A program made the translations under genes and the position numbers. A stretch of 64,000 bases of DNA from Lingula anatina. Lineage: Eukaryota > Animalia > Brachiopoda. The notes beneath the pieces were generated by a model. That model had not been told where the DNA came from. It did no database searches and worked only from the letters and a program-made list of their open reading frames with translations. Position 1 is the first letter of the stretch, and the number at the start of each line of letters is the position of its first letter. Positions 14,804-26,035 of the stretch are shown here, piece after piece. The DNA lies in assembly GCA_051362555.1 (NCBI GenBank), contig CM120641.1, forward strand, positions 27,162,401-27,226,400, written 5' to 3'.

Positions 14804-16046
14804 ATGAATTCCCAAAGCCGAAACAAGCCGGCGAGGCTTTTGCTGTTTCTTCTATTCCTTCGAGGAGCGTTAGGTGCGGAGAAGAAAAGCAATCCACAGG
14901 TAGGGTTCAACGCGTCGGTCAACCATACCGTCGCCGATGGTGCCCTCACGCTAAGCTCTGTTTTGGATCGCCGTGATTCAACTGAAGATCCGTTCCATAA
15001 TGGTGGCAACAGGAATTCAACGCCCCGTTTTCACCCTGCCTTAACAGAAGCCAGTTTCCCAACATCCTCTTCTGATTTAGAAAACAGCGATGGAGAAGAC
15101 TCGGTAACAGTTGTCATCCGAGGCGAAGCATCAGTTGGCGAGAAGAATTTACCTTGGAACGCAACAACAGTTCCTTTTTCGTTTGACACCAGAAGAGAGG
15201 AAGAAGGGGGCACGACACCATCTGATGAATTCACAACGGCCCATTGGGACAACTCGGTCTTTCCTCTGAACTTGCCCCAACAGTTCTGCGTAGCTGGGAA
15301 AGTTGTAGAGAGATGGTGCTACTGCGACGCCTTTTGCCTTTTGTTCCAAGACTGTTGTTTTACTGCATCTGAATGCAAGGAGCGTTCACCATCGTCGGCA
15401 GTACGCTTGAACCGGAGAAACATTGAGTGCCTCTTACAGTCTGCGAAGCTTATTAAAGGAATTCAGGCCCAACACTTCTGGATGGTGACTTCATGCCCAG
15501 ATGAATGGCTCCATGATACCGTTCGCACTAAATGTGAAGCTCCCCGAAATGGCAGTGAAGTTGACCTCCTCGTACCCGTGTCCGACTCAGTCACGAAACT
15601 GACATTTCGTAACAAACACTGTGCAGCATGCCACGGCATGTCGGGCGTCCAAGTGCAACCATGGGATTTCTACATAACATGTAGCTCAGGTACACCATAT
15701 GGCATTGATAAGTTCTTCAACATTGCCGATCCAAACGATGCTGTTGACCAAGCTAGATCATCTAAAGGCTGTACCTTGTTCTTTCAACCGCCGACTAGCA
15801 TCCCCGGCAGGCCTTGCATTCCTTCTCAACAAATGCCGATGATTTTAACATCGAACGGACGGATCAGTACTCGACAGTGTAGCAGAAACGCCGACCCAAA
15901 GGACAAAGAACTTTGTTCTTCAGGACCAATATCCATTACATATGTTCAGACTTGGGCATCTAGTTATTATGGAAGAAATATCTTTTGTTGGGTTTGTAGA
16001 TTACCTAAGGGTTATGTTCCTGCTGTGACCGAATGTTCTAACCAAG
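14804..16046 (+). CDS. Coding exon 1 of a secreted somatomedin-B-like cysteine-rich protein
   Basis: ATG at 14804 is followed by a signal peptide (RLLLFLLFLRGALG), a Ser/Thr-rich N-glycosylated stalk, an SMB-like motif CYCDAFCLLFQDCC and a cysteine-rich block (WMVTSCP...PVSD...TFRNKHCAACHG). Ends at a phase-1 donor CAAG|GTAAGT. Confidence 0.85.
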
Positions 16047-16204
16047 GTAAGTGCTAGTTTTTTTTGGTGTTTATTTATTTTTTTCGCATAAGCAAATTGA
16101 AAATTAAAGAATGAGATAACGAAAGAACTGAAGAGTAACTAAACAAGGTTAGTAGTATGTTTTAAAAGATGAAAATTGATAATGGTGGACAATTTTCCTA
16201 AAAG

Positions 16205-16205
<1 letters not shown>

Positions 16206-16246
<41 letters not shown>
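16206..16246. repeat. (TA)n microsatellite
   Basis: Directly visible. Confidence 0.9.
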
Positions 16247-16252
<6 letters not shown>

Positions 16253-16759
16253 AATGTATTTGGACACACTGTGTTTAAACTGTCCTGTTATAAACTTATA
16301 TTAATGTTGTGGGGGATGATGGTCATGTTATAAGGGCATTATTAGGGTCATTAAAATCATTAATCTTAAGTCTTTTCCTCATTACCACAAAAATTACACG
16401 CGCAGTTTGGCAATCAAATAATTTACAGCAGATTGTGGCAATGGCGGGTCAAGGAGGTGCAATGTACCACACAATCCTTCCCCTTAGCTTCGGGGGTGTT
16501 CTCCTACAAAAGCAAAAGACTAAATGTACAAAATGAGACAAAACATGGCAAATTTTCACTCTGCCTTCATAAAAAAACTCACATGCTGATATTTTCTTTT
16601 CTAAACCCTTGCAGTTGTGACTTTTTTTTTACTATTTTACATGAAATTCTATTTGCTCGGCAATTTTAAGCATTGTATCTTCATACCCCTTATACCTGCT
16701 TATCCTTATGCCACCTTATCAGAATCTTAGAACACCCAGGGTATCTTTCACCGTTTCAG

Positions 16760-16854
16760 AAACATCACGATCATTCGATCCACATGGTTATTCTGTCTTG
16801 TTGGACACGTCTGGGGTTCAGTACAGTAAGCCGTGTGAACAAAGCGAAAAACAA
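16760..16854 (+). CDS. Exon 2 of the SMB-like gene
   Basis: Acceptor TTTCAG and donor CAA|GTAAGT, phase 1 in and phase 0 out. Reads (E)TSRSFDPHGYSVLLDTSGVQYSKPCEQSEKQ. Confidence 0.7.
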
Positions 16855-17307
16855 GTAAGTCGTTTATGTTACAGTGTATATTAACAAATGCAGTATTAAT
16901 ATACAGCTTTGTAGAGATGTAATTTGAAATTTTATTATAATGAAAAATTAAAATAAGAAACAGAGACACATAACAGGCCCAAATAAAACACAATTTGGAA
17001 TTTGCAGTTTTTTTTTACTTTGAAATCATTGGACCATGTTTTCAGCATGTTAACAGGTCTGAGGCCTGAAATGTCCTTAATACAGCGCACACCTCCCGAT
17101 TGTGATGTGGCGACTTAGAAATACAAAAATTTCAAGGTCATCCCATCTTTGTTTTACTCTCTGACCAGCAGACACGGGGAAAACATTGTAGATACTGAAG
17201 GTCTGGAAATCTGTAGGTTATTCCAAATCTGTGCTGGTTCAAACGAAGTATCTTATTTTTAGTGTATGTTTACATGTGGTTTATCATTTTGTATTGAATT
17301 TTCGCAG

Positions 17308-17367
17308 ATATCTTGCCGTACAGAGGACCTGCATTATCAAAAGTCTTGCCTTCCTCTGGCTTTTCAG
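17308..17367 (+). CDS. Candidate exon 3 of the SMB-like gene
   Basis: Acceptor TTTTCGCAG, phase 0, reads ISCRTEDLHYQKSCLPLAFQ. The donor is uncertain (GC at 17368 or weak GT at 17371). Confidence 0.45.
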
Positions 17368-17613
17368 GCGGTCATGGCCTGTCCGACCGGCAGTTTCTCC
17401 ATTTCTGGACTAGTTTTATCGTTGAATCATCTCTTGTTCAATTTTGTACATGGCTATACTGGAGGCCCCTGTGATCACAGAGTTATCGTTTTTAATCTTT
17501 GAAGGTGGACGTCGTCCCTCTCCTCTTATTTATTTTAATTAAGTGACATTCTCGTTCCAGGTGCTTTGCAATGAAGAAGAAGGTCAATGTTCCACACCGA
17601 TACAGCACCTGTT

Positions 17614-17780
17614 CAACGCTTGTAAAGCCTCTCTTCTGGTCCTCAAATCAAGTTCGGTTCCTTGGTTCTAAACTGTTTACCATAGGCTCTGTTCTGGTCC
17701 TACACCTGTAAATGTCCATCATGACGTGTTCTAACGTGTTCCCCAAACGTGTCCTTGGCTGACTCTCTTTTGGGCCCCAA
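17614..17780. repeat. Left arm of a 167-bp long-range inverted repeat
   Basis: Reverse complement of 25186-25352 with about 5 mismatches. Confidence 0.92.
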
Positions 17781-18957
17781 TATTTGAGGTTTAAAACTTT
17801 GAGAGGCTACCAAAAAACGTACGTAAACTGAATGTTGGAAAGAAATGCATTTCAATTATTTAAATTGTATTATATTTGCTATAATATATTCTCAGATTTT
17901 TTAAAGAACACAAAAGTTTTGCTGCGTGACTACCTTTAGGATGCTTAATACTACTACAATATTTATGGCGTTCTCTGCTTCTTGTTTTCAAGACAGTTAC
18001 ATTCGTGGGTGATTGTGTGCATGTGGGGGGGTGGGGGGGGGTACTCACTCACTGTCATGATCGTGCGTTCTTTATTCCGTTTCAAGTAAGCATAAGCTCT
18101 TATTTTCATATGGACGCGTTTATTCCCGTGAATTTCCTAAATGTCCACTGGACTGTCAAGAACTATAGTGATTCAGAGCTTATATAGGCACAGTATAATG
18201 GATTTTTACTGCATACGTATTATAAATCTCTTAATACTGCAATTTATGTAAAGAGCTCCCTATGAAGGATAGTCTAGCTACTTTATTCATTTACGCATTT
18301 TGTTTCAGAATTTTTTTTTTCAATTTCAGGATTTAGGGTATATGTATGGTCACTATAAATATACCAAAATGTAGGCGTTTTGTGCAAGTAGTAGAAATGG
18401 ATTATATTATTTTCGAATCAGCGGATCTAAAATAAACGCGCAATATATTCGTAATTATAACCTGTTTGACTGCATTTAAACTAAGACGCAAGTGAAGATA
18501 ATGTGTGTTTGATTGACGGGGCTGGTTTAGAGATGAGCTGCATACCTTGTTGGTATTTATACCTAGGCTTTCACAAGCTATATATCCCATATCATTCGGA
18601 TAATGTTCAAGTGATGTTTTGCTACTGGATGACAACTTACCTGTAGCATCCCAATTGTATTGCTTTAGGAGCGTACAGTGAAGGGAATATCATGAAATCC
18701 CAGTGATCTGACCAAAGACATTGTGGCGATTTGAGGGACTTATGGTAGAGGACAGATCCAGTATAACTACGTAGTATAAGTATGCATACCAATGCAATTT
18801 ACTGTTACACAACGCCGTACTCCCTTGGGCAAAATAAAAGGCTAACATCCCCGTTTCAATTTACCATTTCAAGGGAAAGATTCAGAACAGCGCCAATACT
18901 AATTAGAGCTTTTAAGCAGATTGTTGGAAGATTGTGTTAATTCGTTACATCTAAGCT

Positions 18958-19420
18958 TTGTCAGGGATCTTTCTAGCCAAAATGAGGGTCAGTGACCACG
19001 AGTTAGAGATTGAAAGAGGCAGATATACCCACCCCAAAACAAAAATTGAGGACAGAAAGTGTCCTCACTGTAATGCAGTGGAAGATGAAGCTCACTTTTT
19101 TCTTGAGTGTACTACTTATAAACTAGACAGAGAAACATTATTTGCTGCCTTACCAGAGGTAAATGTGCAGGGTCTAGCAGACGATACACTATCCGCCCTA
19201 TTAAATGTGTCAAATGAGAGAGGTGTGTCCGCACTTGTAAAGTTTATACACAGTGCTATGAGAAAACGGAAGCTATCTAAATTGAGATAACACCTGTAAC
19301 TTTATTATTACTATGTACATGTATTTAAACTTAAGTATATTATAATTAGTAGTGTAGAGAGCCTATAAATGTACACTCATTTCATGTGCTCAATAAATTA
19401 TTATAAAAATTATTATTATT
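18958..19420 (+). mobile_element. 5'-truncated non-LTR retrotransposon 3' end
   Basis: RVSDHELEIERGRY...RKCPHCNAVEDEAHFFLEC is the CCHC-type C-terminus of a LINE ORF2. It is followed by AATAAA and a (TAT)n tail. Confidence 0.8.
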
Positions 19421-22400
19421 AATTTTTGGTTGGGGTTATGGTTTATGTTTAGTTTAGTTTAGTTTAGTTTATTTCACTGTAACATATGCATCCACTTTTG
19501 TGGATGAAAATAACAATATGAATACAATTTATGTGTCGATTATAATTGGAATGCCTTTGATAATTTTATAACCAAGACTTATGGAATAAAATAATTTGCT
19601 AAGTTTTATAATTATGTGTGAGGACGTGGGCGAAAACAGGAGTCACCCTATTGAACGTAGGTTGGGAACTGATGAATGAAATTAAGTAAAATTAGTTAGA
19701 TTTAATACAGATTAAGAATTTTAGACGCATTTCTGTTGCTGCCAAAGAACGCTTACGAATTATGCATTCTAAACTTGTGTGTTTGTGGGAAACTTTTAGT
19801 TCTAAGGTTATAGAGACGAGGCCTAAGAAGCATATACGCGTTAGTTCTCTTATGTAACTAAAATTTTCAAATAACGATTTTAAAATGAAAAAGCTGTTAA
19901 AATAAGCTTTTATTAATTAGCAACATGCTTTTTTAGAATATCACGTTCGGTTAAGAAGATACCGGTAGACATACGCCTCCACAGATCTGCTACCCCCCCT
20001 CCCTTTCTTAACCTGAAAAAGTGCTGTCCTTGAAAACAAGTCTGATTTTACGGACAAATTCTGAATGATCTTGGGTTATTTCTCCCACACAGAGCGTCAG
20101 CTGGTTATTTTGAAAAGGGTACAAAAATATTAATGAATGTGTGATGCAACAATAAATAATTGTGTAAATAATGTAGTCTAGTGAGCCTGCAAATGTATTC
20201 ATATCATTTAGTGCTCCATAAACTTATTGTTTTTATTGTAAAAAGCTATGGTGCAAATTGCTTTGACGTAAAAGTAAAACTAATCCGAATCTCGTTATCC
20301 AGTTTGGATTTAACCAAATCGACATACAAATAGATGCAGTAGCTCTGTCAATTGTAATTTCTTGCACATGGACTGGAAATGGACTGGACATATGTGGCAA
20401 AACTCCAACAGTTGTCTGCCCCCCCCCCAACCCCCCCCCCCCCCTCGCTCTGTCTGCTGGCTGGAGTTATGATGCACAGTAGGACCCAATTAAACACTGA
20501 CCAGACCATATACGATCTGATAGCGATTTGAATTATAACCAACGCAGCAAAAATTCTTCTGACGTGAGCCAGTCTTCAGAAAGAGTAACAGTGCAGGAAA
20601 CGATAGACGGAGAAAGAGAAAGCTATCTGTTATCATAACGAATTGCATTGTAATTCAGACCTGGGACCAGACCAGTTTTATGTCAAGAATGTATAAGGTG
20701 AACATGAATACGCAAGAATATAAGAATTGCTACTAAAACCCCCAGAGTCATCATACACCTGTGCTGTACATGATACATGTATGTAGTACTGTAGGAATAT
20801 AGAATAAACGATATGCCGCTACGTCTGTTTTCGTCTTATAAGATTTGATGATGTTTTCGTTTCTTCCAAATGTTGTCTTCAACTGAACATTATAATAAAT
20901 AAATCCCTTCACTTTCCACTTTAGTAATATATTTTTCTACTAGCACTGCTCATCTGAATTAATTTAAAGCACTTTTAATGTTATACAGTAGTAGGTTCTG
21001 GAAAAAAGCTTTTTACAGCGCCCCAACCCAATATATCGTTTTCCGCACTGTGGGTTCAACTACAGTAAGTTTTCGCGCGCTTTTTTTCCCGTTTATACTA
21101 TTTTTGTGTCAAACATAATAATACTAGTTGTCAACGCTGCGGAGTCAGTAAAATGAACATATGCGAGTATGAAACAAAACCATTAGTCAAGAGAAATTGA
21201 CTAACTTGCTAAATGATGAGTCCCTGGCCTGAATTTTGATCAAACTTACAAACTGACCCCTGGAAACCACAAAATTTTCTTTCATGCCCAAAATCTGTGA
21301 ATTTAAATACTCGATCCCCACCATTAAAAGTGCCACCGACCCTCACATTGACTGCCTTTCTTGTTATAGAGCACAATTCAAATAAATTTAAAAGAGACAA
21401 ACCTGGCTGTTATTACAGAATCGGGATTCTTTAACATAGATTTTTTGTCTCGACTCCAGGGACGTCTCAATTTTCTTTTCGCCCTATATATCTTATTCAG
21501 TTGAATGGTCTTTATCGCAGCATCTATATTTAAGTTCATTAAAAACCACAAATCAAACGAATTGTGTGTACGCGCCGTAATATACATGATCTTTGGATGA
21601 TTATTTTAAATAATCCGATGTTGATAATTTCGAATCCTATACATTATAGTAAATCTGCGTACATGGAAAGCATCAAAACAGACTAAAGGCATTTTCGAGT
21701 CGATCATTATACGGTTTTATTTGCATCTCATCTGTTTGTTGCCAGATTATGTATGAGAACCACGAAAACGGAGCACTCGCACCAGACACGGGCATTTAAT
21801 TTTGGTTGGTCCTTACGGGCTTGCATTCGACCGGAGGCAGAGTTGTGAATCAATCTACAGTATATTATTTTCAGTTTATATAAAAGTTACCGAAGTCCCG
21901 CATAACGCTATCTAAAAAATTGGTCACTTTATGACCCTTTAAAACACCGCTACAGATGTAGACAATCCAACCCAATTAAGTTCGATGTGAGAAAACTTTC
22001 AACAAAAAGTGATAATGTGAGCCACATATATTAAGATAAATATCGGAATAAAAATATGACACGTTCCATTAATTTTCACTGGCTTATGTTATTGTACCCT
22101 CTAATAGGGAAAGCCGTCAGCAGTTATTTAAAGTAATGTGAAACATTCATAAAAACATTATGCAAAACGTGAGCGTTTGGGATAAGTTATATGAAAAAAA
22201 TGAATATTTATTGAAGAATGTTCAGGGTGGGAGGGGGGCATAAGGGCATACATGTAGCAACTAAATTATGTTATGAAATAACGATTTGAAATTTTAAAAA
22301 AGTCAAGTTGAACCTTTCTACTGATATACTTTATCATGGTTTGGTTAAGAAGATATATACCCCCCCCCCCCCCCCCCACCTGCCCACACTTATTTCAACC

Positions 22401-23229
22401 TGTAAGATTGGAAATTCGGTAGTCTGGCTCGGGCAATAAAATCTCCACATCTGGTTTCTATCAAGCGCGTTCAGAGCTTCAGAGCTTAGGACAAACATAT
22501 TGCTCCTCGGGCCAGGAAATCTGGAGAGGGGGAGTAGAGGAGCATGTCTTCTCAATATGGAAATCTATATATTTTTGGTAATTTCCTTTGTAACATTTAC
22601 GAACACTGTAAAATACCCTTTCTCAAATTAATACAATGTTCACACATTTCTGTAAATATCCTGAATTGAAATACTAATTTTAAATGTCAGATTTATGACG
22701 AGGGAGAGAGAGGTCAAGACATTCTGTAAATGTCCCGAACTAGGGGAGAGTGTTATAAACTAAACACATCTTGGCAATAACCCGTAGCCAGTTAGACTGC
22801 TGAATGGTTTACTTATTATGATCAACATAATTGTTTATATTTTTACTAATATCAAACAATTTTACTGTTTGCAGGTATACCTGTTTGGAACCTGTACTCT
22901 GCGCCATATACAGGGTTACCACTTAATATGGAATATTATTTTTTGGCGAGTAAATTTCCTACAAAATATTTTATTTCTCTCTAACTGTTTTAAATCTAAA
23001 ACTGAGGTGTCACTCCATGTGTTGCCAGGTGTATTAGCTAATTACCACACAACTCTCGAAACAATTGATGCATGCAGTTACATGTTCTGTGGTCAGAAAT
23101 GTGAGGGGTGATCTTTTCGGCAATTTCTGCCCTTGTACAAAAACACATGGGTTTGGTCAATCTTTGGAGTGTGTTTAGAGAAGCAACAAAGGGATCGCTC
23201 TGAAACTTGACAGGTACCTTAGTGAAGGT

Positions 23230-24256
23230 ATGGTTCGACATCTACGCAACGCAGCTTACTATTGGATTCTTGCTCTCAGAGAAAATGGCCAGAAACAGAC
23301 AGCAATTGCCAGGTAATTCAACATTTAACAGGAACCGTTTGTAAAGTCCACCAAAGAAATGCTGCAACAGGGGCACCTACTCCAATACCTCGACCAGGGT
23401 GTCCCCGTATCACACTAAGAAGACAGGACCGCCATCTCCTTAGAGGACGCCGTGCTGGTCGTACAAAGACAACCAGTGTCCTCAGAAAGAGAGAGGCAGA
23501 ATGTTATTTAAACGCCAGTTTCAAGGTACCTCGTGAACAAGAGATTACTGCATGCCAGTTATTTTGCACTAAGGCCAGTAGGGAAACCACAGTTAACAAC
23601 AGGTCATATACAGCGACGTCTGCAATGGGCTGGGGACCACGTGCGTTTGTAGCCAAAACAATGGAATCGCGTCGTTTTCAGTGATGAGGCCAGATATGAA
23701 TTTTTTGGGGTTGATGGTCGAATCCGTGTTCACCGACGTGTACGAGGGACATAAAACGATGATTGTGTGCTGTCTAGGGTGCAAGCAGGGGATGGTAACG
23801 TCTCTGTTTAGGGAGCATTTCATGTCGGTGCCCAGAGCCAGTTGGTTTCTCTAGGAGGCAACCTCATCCAGGATTCCTACAGAGGCATTCTACAGCAAAC
23901 AATGCTTCGATAGGTAAGAGTCATCTTCAGGAACAAATTTGTGTACCAAGACGACTGCGCAACCCCACATCGAGCCCGCAGAATCACTGTTTTTCTTCAA
24001 AACCAATGGGTTCAACAACTGCCCTGGTCTGCAAACTCTCCAAATTTGAACCCAATTGAAAAACTTTGGGCAAAAGTAACTCACAGAATTAATAGCTATG
24101 GTCATCATCCGGTAAAAAGTGATGAATTGCGACAGGCAAATATCACTGCGTGGAATGATATCCCCATCCAAACTCTAAAAAAACGTGTCACAGGATATGC
24201 CATGTAGGATGAGGGCGCTGCAAGCGGCTGCTGGAGGTCATACCCGCAATTACTGA
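23230..24256 (+). mobile_element. Decayed Tc1/mariner transposase
   Basis: Frameshifted fragments carry Tc1 motifs: RPGCPRIT..RQDR.L.R (HTH linker), VVFSDEA (first D) and YQDDCATPHRAR...WSANSPNLNPIEKLW (second D and E). TIRs were not confidently located. Confidence 0.85.
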
Positions 24257-25185
24257 CTTTTCATGATTTACTGTAGTGAGTTCTTTGACTGTGTAACATA
24301 TCACTGTCCGGAGGCTATCATTTTCTTTAATACCTTAGCTTAAAGTTAATACTGACATCAAACTGTTGATATGGTTTTCTGGGGGTGTTCCTTTCTTTTG
24401 AATGGCATCTTATGTCAGATTTGATATTATTGACCAAAATATCTCACAACAGAAGACTGGATGTTTGTATCACTCAGTGACATACTTTTTTTGATGAATC
24501 CAGCCAAAAAAATTAAATCAGCACTCAAAAATAACAATGATAAAAAATATTCCATATTAAATAGCAACCCTGTAATAGCAATGGTGTAAAGTAGTGATAT
24601 TGTAAAATCCTGCAATAAAATTTTCTTCAACTATTAATTTTTATTAAATGGTTGAATACAACATTAGTAATAGAACAGCAATAGAATTCAGTATAATGAT
24701 AGTGAATTGTTGTAAAGACATGTAGGAAGCAGGGTGACCATATGTGCTCGGAATTTTGTCGGAGAGGGAAATTTCTCGAGTTTGTTCACTGGCCTGTGAA
24801 GCCATATTTTGTAGCCTGAGATGCCGTATCCGTTACTTCGTGACCTGACCTGTCAAAAGCACGTCTGGGCGCTCTTTTCATCTTTCAATTCTTCCACATT
24901 AATCAAGATACGGAGTATCAATTACAAGTGCCCGGGGAGGGGGGGGGGGAGAGGGAGCTTGAAGGGAATAAATAATTATAAGTAGTATCCTTGCGACACA
25001 AGGTTACTGTGCAATTTATATCTTTCCATTTATGCTGTGAAATAATAGCCAGGTAGTCCGTTGATCTCGCGAATCAACCAAATGACCGTTAGATGAGTTG
25101 CTTAACTGCAAGTAATTAATCCCCTCCCCTCCCCCGAACGTCATACTGGCAGGTTTCCAAATGAAGACTATACCGCAGAAAAAGT

Positions 25186-25352
25186 TTGGGGCCCAAAAGA
25201 GATTCAGCCAAGGACACGTTTGGGGAACATGTTAGAACACGTCATGATGGACATTTACAGGTGTAGGACCAGAACAGAGCCTATGGTAAACAGTTTAGAA
25301 CCAAGGGACCGAACTTGATTTGAGGACCAGAAGAGAGGCTTTACAAACGCTG
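25186..25352. repeat. Right arm of the 167-bp long-range inverted repeat
   Basis: Reverse complement of 17614-17780. Ends 14 nt before the predicted exon start at 25367. Confidence 0.92.
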
Positions 25353-25366
25353 CATTTTCCCTTCAG

Positions 25367-25858
25367 ATCGGGCTAATTTCGCGCGACAGGCTGAACGCAA
25401 CTGTGGCCGAAGGCATCTGCCGTGCTAAAGGTTTAGAAGAATTTGACAGCTTGCCTTTTGTGGGGGCTTGGCGCAAACATGGGCCGAAGATGTGCGCTGA
25501 GGTAAGTCCGAATGCAACAATCCCATCACTGTCAGCCGTCGTCGTATACAAAGTCGTCTTACTGAAAAAGATACGCGGTTATCGTGAAGGTGTCCAAATG
25601 TTTGCTTCATTCCAACGCGAGATGGCCGAGGAGTTGCAGACCAGAAACGCGAGTTTCACCTATAACGGCAACGAATACCGGGCCACCGTGTTGGATGCAG
25701 ACATGCCACAGTGTCCAATGAACACTGCCAACCGTAAGCCGCCAACAGCCATGCCCGCCGGCGCAAGTGGGCGTCTGCAGGGTTCCTCACTGGAGTTTAC
25801 AATCTTGTGGGGGGCCTTTGCTTGTCAGATTTTAATAATGGTAAATGCGAAGTGTTGA
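25367..25858 (+). CDS. Probable terminal exon of the SMB-like gene, ending in a GPI-signal-like hydrophobic tail
   Basis: Acceptor TTTTCCCTTCAG, phase 0, open 163 codons, GC-richer than the flanks. The C-terminus ...AGASGRLQGSSLEFTILWGAFACQILIMVNAKC* has small residues, a spacer and a hydrophobic end. Confidence 0.65.
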   Translation: MGLISRDRLNATVAEGICRAKGLEEFDSLPFVGAWRKHGPKMCAEVSPNATIPSLSAVVVYKVVLLKKIRGYREGVQMFASFQREMAEELQTRNASFTYNGNEYRATVLDADMPQCPMNTANRKPPTAMPAGASGRLQGSSLEFTILWGAFACQILIMVNAKC

Positions 25859-26035
25859 ATTTATATTTTGTCGGTTGGAATCAGTAAGAAGTGCGGGAGG
25901 ATAAAAATGATGACCCCCCCCCCCCCCCCAACAAAAAGGGAGATAAGACACATTTTCATTCCCTGTTTTATATATAGTAAAATGACCTGTTCAGAGTCTC
26001 GTCGGATTTTGTTAATCAATTAAACACTAATCTTC

